Shown: one piece after another, positions 38,322-50,300 of the stretch
Numbering within the stretch: the stretch's first letter is position 1
How the letters are laid out: the number at the start of each line of letters is the position of its first letter
Assembly: GCF_036365525.1 (NCBI RefSeq)
Contig: NC_090409.1
Span: 31,382,437 to 31,446,436, forward strand
Source: Heterodontus francisci
Lineage: Eukaryota
Direction: 5' to 3'
DNA: 64,000 bases
Position numbers and translations under genes: made by a program
Notes under the pieces: model-generated
The model's input: the letters and a program-made list of their open reading frames with translations, nothing else
The model's database searches: none
What the model was told of the DNA's origin: nothing

Positions 38322-41300
38322 ATAAAATCTTGGAATCATATATCACAATAGGAGGCCATTCAGCCCATTATGCCTTTACTAGCTCTTTGATAGGGCTTTC
38401 AATTGTCTTTCACCTTGGCCAAGTAATGTTTTCCTTTACAAGTATATATCCATTCAGTTCGTATCGAGGTTGCTTTCGCCACCCTTCATTGCAGACCCCA
38501 ACAAGTCACTGTAGAAAAGGAATTCTTCACGTCTCCCCTTCTGGTTCTATTCGCATTTATCTTAAAACTGTGTGCTCTCGTTACGGAGCACCCTGCCACT
38601 GCAAGCAGCTTCTCCTGATAAACCTTCAGCTTTTGAACACCGCTATTCAGTTTCCCCCCAACCTTCTCTGCTGTAGGGGAAACCACGACAGCTTCTCTCG
38701 TCTCTTCACATTAACTGACGTTGCTCAACCCTGGCATTATTCTTTTTTTCATTCGTTCACGGGATGTGGGCATCGCTGGCTAGGACAGCATTTATGGCCC
38801 ATCCCTAATTGTCCTTGAGAAGGTGGTGGTGAGCCACCCACAAAGCTGTTAGGAAGGGAGTTCCAGGATTTTGACCCAGCAACAGTGAAGGAACGGTGAT
38901 ACAGTTCCAGGTCAGGATGTTTTGAGGCTTGGAGGGGAACTTGCAGGTGGTGGTGTTCCCGTGCATCCGCTGCCCTTGTCCTTCTAGTTGGTAGAGGTCG
39001 CAGGTTTGGAAGGTGCTGTCTAAGGAGCTGCAGTGCATCTTGTAGATGGTACACAATTCTGCCACTGTGCGTCGGTGGTGGAGGGAGTGAATGTTTGCAG
39101 ATGGAGTGCCAATCAAGCGGGTTGCTTTGTCCTGGATGGGGTCGAGCTTCTTGAGTGTTGTTGGAGCTGCACCCATCCAGGCAAGTGGAGAGTATTCCAT
39201 CACACTCCTGACTTGTGCTTTGTAGATGGTGGACAGATATTGGGGAGTCAGGAGGTGAGTTACTAGCTGCCGGATTCCTAGCCTCTGACCTGCTCTTGTA
39301 GCCATGGTATTTATATGGCTACTCCAGTTCAGTTTCTGGCCAATGGTAGCCCCTAAGATGTTGATAGTGCGGGATTCAGCGATGGTAATGCCATTGAATG
39401 TTAAGGGGAGATGGTTAGATTCTCTCTTGTTGGAGATGGTTATTGCCAGGCACTTATGTGGCGCGAATGCTACTTGCCATTTATCAGCCCAAGCCGTTTT
39501 GGATACCGTTGCGGGGGATGACTTACCAGGGGTAAGCAATGGGGTACAGGTCTCTGGCACAGAGTCTGTCCCTGTTGCTCAGAAGGGAAGGGGGAAGAGT
39601 CATTGGGGACTCCATAGTTAGGGGAACAGATAGGAGGTTCTGTGGGAACGAGAGAGACTCACGGTTGGTATGTTGCCTCCCAGGTGCCAGTATTCGTGAT
39701 GTCTCGGATCGTGTTTTTGGGATCCTTAAGGGGGAGGGGGAGCAGCCCCAAGTCGTGGTCCACATAGGCACCAACGACATTGGTAGGAAGAGAGATGGGG
39801 ATTTAAGACAGAAATTCAGGGAGCTAGGGTGGAAGCTTAGAGCGAGAACAAATAGAGTTGTTATCTCTGGGTTGTTGCCCATGCCACGTGATAGTGAATC
39901 GAGGAATAGGGAGAGAGAGGAGTTGAACACGTGACTGCAGGGATGGTGCAGGAGGGAGGGTTTCGGTTTCCTGGATAATTGGGGCTCTTTCTGGGGTAGG
40001 TGGAAACTCTACAAACAGGATGGTCTTCACCTGAACCAGAGGGGTACCAATATCCTGGGGGGGAGATTTGCTAGTGCTCTTCGGGGGGGTTTAAACTAAT
40101 TCAGCAGGGGAATGGGAACCTAAAATGTAGTGCCAGTGTACAGGATTTTGAGAGTAGTGAGGTCAGGGATAAGGTTACAAGGACGCAAGAGCGCACTGGC
40201 AAGCAAGAACCTGGTTTAAAGTGTGTCTACTTCAACGCCAGGAGCATCAGGAATAAGGTGGGTGAGCTTGCAGCATGGGTTGGTACCTGGGATCCTGATG
40301 TTGTGGCCATTTCGGAGACATGGGTAGAGCAGGGGCAGGAATGGATGTTGCAGGTTCCGGGATTTAGATGTTTCAGTAAGAACAGAGAAGATGGTAAAAG
40401 GGGGGGGGGGTGTGGCTTTGTTAATCAAGGAGAGTATTACAGCGACAGAAAGGACGTTTGAGGACACGTCTACTGAGGTAGTATGGGCCGAGGTTAGAAA
40501 CAGGAGAGGTGAGGTCACCCTGTTGGGAGTCTTTTATAGACCTCCAAATAGTTCCAGAGATGTAGAGGAAAGGATCGGGAAGATGATTCTCGACAGGGGC
40601 GAGAGTAACAGGGTAATTGTTATGGGGGACTTTAACTTTCCAAATATCGACTGGAAATACTATAGTTCGAGTACTTTAGATGGGTCAGTTTTTGTTCAGT
40701 GTGTGCAGGAGGGTTTTCTGACACAGTATGTAGACAGGCCAACCAGGGGCGATGCCACATTGGATTTGGTACTGGGTAATGAACCCGGCCAGGTGTTAGA
40801 TTTAGATGTAGGTGAGCACTTTGGTGATAGCGATCACAATTCGGTTAGGTTTACCTTAGCGATGGGCAGGGACAGGTATATACCGCAGGGCAAAAATTAT
40901 AGCTGGGGGAAAGGAAATTATGATGCGATTAGGCAAGATTTAGGATGCGTAGGATGGGGAAGGAAACTGCAGGGGATGCGAACAATCGAAATGTGGAGCT
41001 TATTCAAGGAGCAGCTACTGCGTCTCCTTGATAAGTATGTACCTGTCAGGCAGGGAGGAAGTTGTCGAGCGAGGGAGCCGTGGTTTACTGAAGAAGTTGA
41101 AGCACTTGTCAAGAGGAAGAAGAAGGCTTATGTTAGGATGAGACGTGAAGGCTCAGTTAGGGCGCTTGAGAGTTACAAGCTAGCCAGGAAGGATCTAAAG
41201 GGAGAGCTAAGACGAGCAAGGAGAGGACACGAGAAGTCATTGGCGGATAGGATCAGGGAAAACCCTAAGGCTTTCTATAGGCATATCAGGAATAAAAGAA

Positions 41301-44300
41301 TGACTAGAGTTAGATAAGGGCCAATCAAGGATAGTAGTGGGAAGTTGTGTGTGGAATCGGAGGAGGTAGGGGATGTGTTAAATGAATATTTTGCGTCAGT
41401 ATTTACAGTAGAGAAAGAAAATGTTGTCGAGGAGAATACTGAGATTCAGGCTACTAGGCTAGATGGGATTGAGGTTCACAAGGAGGAGGTGTTATCAATT
41501 TTGGAAAGTGTGAAAATAGATAAGTCCCCTGGGCCAGATGGGATTTATCCTAGGATTCTCTGGGAAGCTAGGGAGGAGATTGAAGAGCCTTTGTCCTTGA
41601 TCTTTATGTCGACAGGAATAGTGCCGGAAGACTGGAGGATAGCAAATGTTGTCCCCTTGTTCAAGAAGGGGAGTAGAGACAGCCCTGGTAATTATAGACC
41701 TGTGAGCCTTACTTCGGTTGTGGGTAAAATGTTGGAAAAGGTTATAAGAGACAGGATTTATAATCATCTTGAAAAGAATAAGTTCATTAGAGATAGTCAG
41801 CACGGTTTTGTGACGGGTAGGTCGTGCCTCACAAACCTTATTGAGTTTTTCGAGAAGGTGACCAAACAGGTGGATGAGGGTAAAGCAGTGGATGTGGTGT
41901 ATATGGATTTCAGTAAGGCGTTTGATAAGGTTCCCCATGGTAGGCTATTGCAGAAAATACGGAAGTATGGGGTTGAAGGTGATTTAGAGCTTTGGATCAG
42001 AAATTGGCTAGCTGAAAGAAGACAGAGGGTGGTGGTTGATGGCAAATGTTCATCCTGGAGTTTAGTTACTAGTGGTGTACCGCAAGGATCTGTTTTGGGG
42101 CTACTGCTGTTTGTCATTTTTATAAATGACCTGGAAGAGGGTGTAGAAGGGTGTGTTAGTAAATTTGCGGATGACACTAAGGTCGGTGGAGTTGTGGATA
42201 GTGCCGAAGGATGTTGTAGGGTACAGAGGGAAATAGATAGGCTGCAGAGCTGGGCTGAGAGATGGCAAATGGAGTTTAATGCAGAAAAGTGCGAGGTGAT
42301 TCACTTTGGAAGGAGTAACAGGAATGCAGAGTACTGGGCTAAAGGGAAGATTCTTGGTAGTGTCGATGAACAGAGAGATCTTGGTGTCCAGGTGCATAAA
42401 TCCCTGAAGGTTGCTACCCAGGTTAATAGGGCTGTTAAGAAGGCATATGGTGTGTTAGCTTTTATTAGTAGGGGGAACGAGTTTCGGAGCCACGAGGTCA
42501 TGCTGCAGCTGTACAAAACTCTGGTGAGACCGCACCTGGAGTATTGCATGCAGTTCTGGTCACCGCATTATAGGAAGGATGTGGAAGCTTTGGAAAGGGT
42601 GCAGAGGAGATTTACTAGGATGTTGCCTGGTATGGAGGGAAGGTCATACGAGGAAAGGCTGAGGGACCTGAGGTTGTTTTCGTTGGAGAGAAGGAGGAGG
42701 AGAGGTGACTTAATAGAGACATATAAGATAATCAGAGGGTTAGATAGGGTGGATAGTGAGAGTCTTTTTCCTCGGATGGTGATGGCAAATACGAGGGGAC
42801 ATCGCTTTAAGTTGAGGGGTGATAGATATAGGACAGATGTCAGAGGTAGTTTCTTTACTCAGAGAGTAGTAGGGGCGTGGAACGCCCTGACTGCAACAGT
42901 AGTAGACTCGCCAACTTTAAGGGCATTTAAGTGGTCATTGGATAGACATATGGATGAAAAAGGAATAGTGTAGGTCAGATGGTTTCACAGGTCGGCGCAA
43001 CATCGAGGGCCGAAGGGCCTGTACTGCGCTGTAATGTTCTAATTCTAAAAAAAAAAGCCTGGATATTGTCCAGGTCTTGCTGCATTTCTACACGGACTGC
43101 TTCAGTATCTGAGGAGTCACAAATGGTGCTGAACATTGTGCAATCATCAGCGAACATCCCCACTTCTGACCTTATGATTGAAGGAAGGTCATTGATGAAG
43201 TAGCTGAAGATGGTTGGGTCCAGGACACTACCCTGAGGAACTGCTGCAGTGATGTCCAGGAGCTGAGATGATTGACCTCCAACAACCACAACCAATTTCC
43301 TTTATGCTAGGTATGACCCCAACCAGCGGAGAGTTTTCGCCCTGATTCCCATTGACTCCAGTTTTGCTCGGGCTCCTTGATGCCATATTCGGTCAAATTC
43401 TGCATTCATGTTCAGGGCAGTCACTCTCACTTTACCTAGTAAATCTCCTCCACATCCTCTCTAAGGCCTTGACATCCTTCCCAAAATTTGGTGCCCTGAA
43501 TTGAACAGAACCAGGCTGAACCGGTGAATTATGAAAACTAAGCGTAACTTGTTAGTTTTTGTCCGCCGAACGTTTCTACTCATAAGGCACAGGATTTCGT
43601 ATGCTTTCAAATCAGCCTTCTCAACTTCTCCTGCCACCTTACAAGATCGATGTTAGCCTCCCGGTCTCCCTGATCCTTTAACATTGTACAATTTACTTCG
43701 TGTCTCCTCTCCTCCTTTGACAATTCAACATTGCACACCTCTCTGCACTTAATTGTATCTGCCGTGTGTCTGCCCATTTCACCCATGTGCCAATTTCAAC
43801 GTGAATTCTGCTGCCATCTCATCATTGTTTACTACTTGTCCGACTTTTGTGTCAGCTGCAAACTTTGAAAATATGTCTCTTTATGGCAACTCTCGGTCAT
43901 TAACATATATCAAAATGAGCAGCGATCCGAATGGACGCCTGGGAAACGCCACTGCACAGCTCCCGCCACTCTGGAAAGTGTCGTCCAACAACAGAACTGT
44001 TATTGACAGCCATTTAATCCACAAAAGAGACAGTGCTTTCAATACCAATTCATCTTCTTTGCTTAAGGAGCGAACTTTACAATGTTGTTTTTCAGTCTGT
44101 CTGCCAGTGTAAGATCTCCCTATCTCTCTCCCTATTAATCAATCTAGCTATGCATATTGTGATGATCCCCATACAGATGTACAAACCAAAAACGACCGAA
44201 TTTATCGAAAGAGCCCAACTGAAAAAAAAGAAACAGATAAGTTTTCACCTTTAATAACCTTTATTTTAACAAACCAAAAATCCACATAAAGTAAACATGA

Positions 44301-47300
44301 ATTAACAGACAAATCCCAGTCTATATATACACATATTACAAATTACACCTTAACTATTGGATGCAACAAAGGTCGATCTCGTGGATTTACTGGGCAGTCC
44401 ACTCAGCACTTTTGCCACCAATTACAGCCGCCAAGTTTTTCAAAGCTCTGAACTTGCTCAGGTGGTTCTGCAGAGTCTGTCCTTCAAGGTGCAGTCACTG
44501 ATGCTCACCCGACAGCTATTCCACTTCCACCGGTATGGCCTTCACCAAAACCATAGCACGACCCCAAGATCTTCCTGAACTCTGTTCAGGACAGCCTTAC
44601 CTGAAGTAACTCAAACAGCTGCAGCCACTCGTACTTGCTCCCGGATTCAGCTTCCACTCCCTTCACTCCTCCTGCACTCTGCAACCTTGTGATCTGAGCC
44701 TGGGCGGCTCTCAGTCTGTTTTATCTGGTTCCAACCAGCTCTGTTTCCCCCCACCCCCAAAACCCTGAAATTTTTGGTTTCACTTTTAGTTAGGGACTCT
44801 CTCAGAATCTTGCCTGTGAAAAGTGATTAGTCACATTAATCCTGAATGCAGAGGTCTAATTTTAAAACAGATATTGCAGATTCCCTCATCACAGAAAATA
44901 GCTTCGCCTGTATCTACACCACCGAATTCCATCATCGCTCTGAACATCTCCATTAGATCACTCGTCCGCCTTTTGCTCTCAGTGGAGTACAAGGCAGGTT
45001 TATGCATCATGCCCTCATAATTTAACCCTTGAAGCACCGGTGGCACTTCAATAAATCTACGCTTACCCCTCACCCCCATCCCCCCCCCCCCCCCCCTCCA
45101 AGGCCAGTGAGGTTGCGGTGTCCAGAATAGAACGGAATGCTCCAATCTAACTAAAGCATGACTTTCCACCCTTTGGGAATCCAACTTTCTTCAGGTAAAA
45201 GCCCATTACAAACACATCCACAATTTCCCCACCTCCTTTAAGCAATTCATTACGGTTCTACCCATCGGGCACTCGACTTGTCCCCATCTGACGACCCGTT
45301 ATTTGTTCCGTTACCATTTTAAAGACATATGAAATTCTCTAAATTAGAGCCATATCGTCATTTACACCAGGGAAGGAGGCCATTTGACCCATCAAGTCCA
45401 TTCCAGTTCCCCCTTCGTTCCCTCAACTTGTTGCTTAGCTTCCCCTGTATAAGTGTCTTGCTCTATTGTGAAAAAAGATACAAAGCACACATTTAACAAG
45501 TCTGCCCTTTCCGGATTGTCTAATAGAATTTACCCTGTAAATGTTTTTAATGGTTCCATCTCCCATACTTGTCTATTAATATATTTTATTTAAAAGGGTA
45601 CTGTTAGCTTTAGTGCCCCTTTGGAATGTATGTTCATATTCTCTTCACGGTTCTCTTTATTTGCAGCATCTTGTTGTTTGATTTATAGTTGGCCTAGTCT
45701 GCTGGATTTCTACTTGTTGGCATTTTTGTAAGCCTTTTGTTTGAACTTGCTCTTTGGCACAGACCGAAGGTAATGAGAAATATATCTGTTTGGGAATGCA
45801 TGTGTTATTAAACCTATGTGCCTTTGATTCAGAGTGGCAACATTTCAGCTTCCTTTGTGTCCTAACAGTCTCCAACTATTGTTGTTCTCACAGTGACGGC
45901 CAGTAACAGCATCACGGTTAATGAATCCCTCACTGCTCTTGTTGGGCGTGAAGTGATGCTTCCCTGCCAGATACCAAAGCACACAAAATTCGTGCAGCTT
46001 TCCTGGATAAAGGCGGCTGAGAAGAAAGCCTTGGTGGTATATAACCCTTGGTATGGGATGCAATTCTCAAATGAAGAGTACTCCAGACGGATAGTTTTCA
46101 GAAACCATTCTCTGCAGGACGGATCAATCGTTATAAAGTCTTTGGAAATACAGGATGGGGGTTATTACTCATGCCAGCTGGCATTGTTTCCGCAGGGAAG
46201 CCAAATTAAAAGAATAAGTTTAACTATTCTGGGTATGTATTATGTGTGAAGATTTATCGGTGGGAATGTAATATCGATGCAGTGAGGGAGTTGTGGTGAA
46301 TCTTGGATTGTGTACCTGGGTGCGAATTTAGTTCCCATGCAATTATCATCAAAAATAATCATTGCATATTTTCAACTATCTATTCTAGTCACATTCTAAC
46401 TTCTATTTTTTTTGGCAGACAGCTCACAGTTATTAATCAGATAATTAGTTATTGTTTGCTTTGTGGTTGCGTGTTCAAAATGTATTCATAGGAACTACGG
46501 TACATCATATTTGCCCTCTACCATCATGGTGGTCACATTCTGCAATGCTTTCAGAGTTGTAGCTTAATCAGAGCAATCTATCCCTATCGGTTAATGTACA
46601 ACAGACACAGACATGATGTGAGAAAACTCTTCAGTGTTGTAGCGGTGCATCTGACCGAGAGCAAACTGAATTGCGAACAAATCATTTTCTTTGTAGCATT
46701 ACCGCTCATTCCTTCCTTTCCCGCATTGCTGCCTTCCCATTTTCCTTCTCCCCCCCCCCCCCCGTTATTTCTTACTCCCGTCCTCTCTCTTTCTATAATG
46801 TTATCCGTTATGCGGTTGGACCAATCGATCGATGTTTTAGACTACTCAAACGCCGTTGACATAGCTGAAAAAGGGCACTGAATTAATCGATTGCTTTTCT
46901 TCCTCCCAAGCTATTCCCTCAAACAGAGCGACCCCGGTTCCCGCCAAAGCTGGCGTTTCCGAGCTGCCAGTGGCCAATTGCACCTCGACCAATGGGAAAC
47001 CAGCAGCCAACATCACGTGGATTTCTAATCTGCCTGGCAACTATACGTCAGTCCAGACTAAAAACGACAATGGGACGATCACGGTTACCAGCCAGTACAA
47101 AATGGCACCGAGTAGCTCCGCAAATGGTCAAAAGGTGGCGTGTGCTATATCCCATTCGGCATTAAACAGCACAGAGAATCTCATGGTAGAATTATTAATC
47201 CTCTGTAAGTGCAGCGTGCAAAGACAAATAATCCAATTCTAAGCGTAATATTGTTGAAATAGAAGGCAGCCAAACAGGACAAGGTTTGAAACTGGCTCAT

Positions 47301-50300
47301 TGAGTGTGTTGACTGTTTCTAGACATCTATGAATCCAGTATTTCTGGGAGGTTTAATATGACTGGTTTTAATTGCCGTCCCTCTATTTGTCAACTCCTTC
47401 TGAATACATTTAATAAGCCCTAAATCAATTAATTCTTCAGGGGTTCAGATTTATGGAAGCTTGCATTCTTTTAATAAGGTGAAGATTAGATGACTTGCTC
47501 CCGGTAATTCTGGGTCATTTTAACTTTGAACGGGAGCGCTGCGTGGGACGTGAAGGTTGCTATATAAATGCAAGTTGTTGTTATCTTGCAAAATGGACGC
47601 TGTCGCATGGGCCGGCCGTTGTGCGTCCTGCCCAATCCTGCTTTCCACTGAAGTCGTTGGTTGCGGCAAAGGGCGGAAGCTGCCGATTGGCCAAGTTTTT
47701 GCACGACCGCTCAATGCAAGCTTCGTCTCCTCAGGGTCTTTGCTGAGGCACTTTGTGTTGGCTAATTATCCTGAGAGAAGCTACATGACCCCACTTCTGA
47801 CTTCAGTTAGCAGAACACCCAGCAGATTCCATGGTATGAATAGAACTGTCGCACGTTTTCTTTGCCATTTTCGTTCATGGTCCATCCAACATTAAAGCCA
47901 AACAATGGGATTCCGTATTTGGACGGCCCATAGTTTACTGCCATTGTGGTCGTTTGCCTTATATTCCGATTGATTTAAATTTGATTATCTGATACGTTGG
48001 ATGCACTGACTACATGAGCCCAACCATTTTCCTCTATAGATCCACCGGAAGTGACCATAACAGGGTATGATGGGAATTGGAGTGAAAATACAAGGGATGT
48101 TTCCCTCGAATGTGTCGCCAATGCCAATCCCCCAGCAACAAATTACTCTTGGCAAGGGTAAATAAGTGTTGGATTTATTAAGGATTTCATTGTGTACATT
48201 TTCAAAAAGGGTACAGACAATGGATGGCTGAGATAATTGTATGTTTTCAGCCCCTTTGCGATGTGGTTGTTCAACTGAGAAAAGAAAACTATGAAAATTG
48301 TTGACTTATCACTATTCAGGGCAACGTTTGCGAAAATGTGTTGGAAAAACACAGGGAAATTCAGGACGTTAAGCAGAGCGAGCTTTTCAAGACAGGGGAA
48401 CCTTCCCTCTTAATCAAGGTAGTACGAACGGAGAAAGGGAGATTTGGTGTGTGTAAGATAATCGGGCACGCACTTTGTTTTTTAATGAAGGAGGCTATGG
48501 GGGTAATTTTAATTAACCCGGTTTAGCGGGAAACTAATGTGTTTGGGTTGAACACAGGTTTTGCACCCTGTCTGAGACTATGGAGAGTAAAATCGAGCGG
48601 GATCTGAACCCGCCGGTTTCCCGCCCTGTGATTGGGTTAAAATTGCCCTAGCGTCTCCTAATAGGTAGTGCACAGAGTTTGGACCAAGCAGCCGGAATAA
48701 TTTTAAGCTTTTTTTGTTGGGGTGGGGGAGGTGGTGCAGAGTGGAGGCGATGGTGTGAAACAGGCAATATGGAACTGGTCGTCCCATTATACACCGCGCC
48801 TGATATTCCTCACCAATGCACTCAGTGGAAGCTGCAATCCGCAGGAGCCTATAATGGGTGGCCAACTCTATACAGACCAAAGTTCAAACTACCCAACTTA
48901 AGATAGTCACCAAGACATATCTAAAATGTGAATTTATCAAGATTACCTTCGTTTGCCTGTTTTCCAAGATTACCAGAAAGACTACAGACTGAAAATGCTA
49001 AAATATACATCAAGAAAGTGAGCAGTCTTATGAATGGAAACTGGACCTGCGAAGCGACCAATTCCGTTGGGACAGGGAAGAGTGAAGTGGAGATAATATT
49101 CCTAGAAGCCAGCAATGCAGGTACATGTTAATGAACTGCAGTGAAAAGCGCCGGATTCATTCCATTTTGTGAATTAAAGCAAAGGAGGCGGCTTTTCATG
49201 AAAGATTCGGCCAGAAATCGTTGAATTTGGCGAATGAGCTCACTTTGGAACGGCTGGAGGTCACGAAAGGCGCCATATAAAGGCAATTCCTTCATTCCAA
49301 TGGATGAATGAGCCACAGACTGGTACAGGAGGATACCTTTTTCCTTCAGCTACCATTTCTCCACATTCAGTCAGTCTGGGTGCGGTTGCTTCATTTGCTG
49401 TTGTAACTTTTGGCCGGCCTGAATAGTTAAGTGTGTAACAATGTGAAAGTCTTTTCCCAACGCCCTATATTTTGCCAAAGGGAAGACAAAAGCCGATTTT
49501 GCTGCTCGCATGCCTCCCATTGCAGGGTTGTTTGGGCGTAGCGAGTACAATAGACCATTTTGAGAGCACACCGCATGTATCCCTTCAGGCAATCTAATCC
49601 CATTGATTATATCATGCTGAACTGCCTGCCCTAGCTATCAGGACCAGTAGGAAAATAATTAATTCGGAATTGAATCTTGAATGAATGACATTGCTGTTGT
49701 ACTTCCACATTGATTCATTCCTGTTTGAGGTTCTCCTTGTTCAATGCTAATGACATCTCCCACCAAGAGTGGCTATCAACCTGGAGAGAGAGGCGGTGAC
49801 ACAATAATTTCTGCTCCCAATAAATTTAATGAACCTACATAACATATCCCTATGCTTAGATTTCTATTTTGAATTGCACATTACATATTCCTTTCAAATG
49901 TATTTTCCCAGATGAAAATTTAAGCAAGATCCACATCATCATAGTAGTCGCTGTTATTGTGTGTGTTGTAAGTGTGCCGACCCTGACGTTAACGTGGAGG
50001 AAGAGACGAATTCAAGGTAAGTGTCAAGAAACAGTCCAGAAAGTGACCCTATATATGTCACGGGAAGACGAGTAACTCGAACACAATTTTGACCGGCGTT
50101 ATTGCATTGGCCGCCTGTTACAGGCCGCCCTTGATAGGCCTTGGAGCCTGCTGTGGCTCAGTTGGTACCTCTCTCACCTCTGAGTCACCAGTTGCCAGGC
50201 TCACGTCCCATTCCAGGGGGCGGGAGCACAGAAGTCGAGGCTGTACACTCCAGTGCTGAGGGAGCGCTGCACTGCCGGAGGTGCTGCCTTTCCGATGAGG

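Noticed and set aside
45869-45893. Upstream acceptor (cctaacag) for the gene B V exon
   Set aside because: It shifts the frame and hits TAA immediately.
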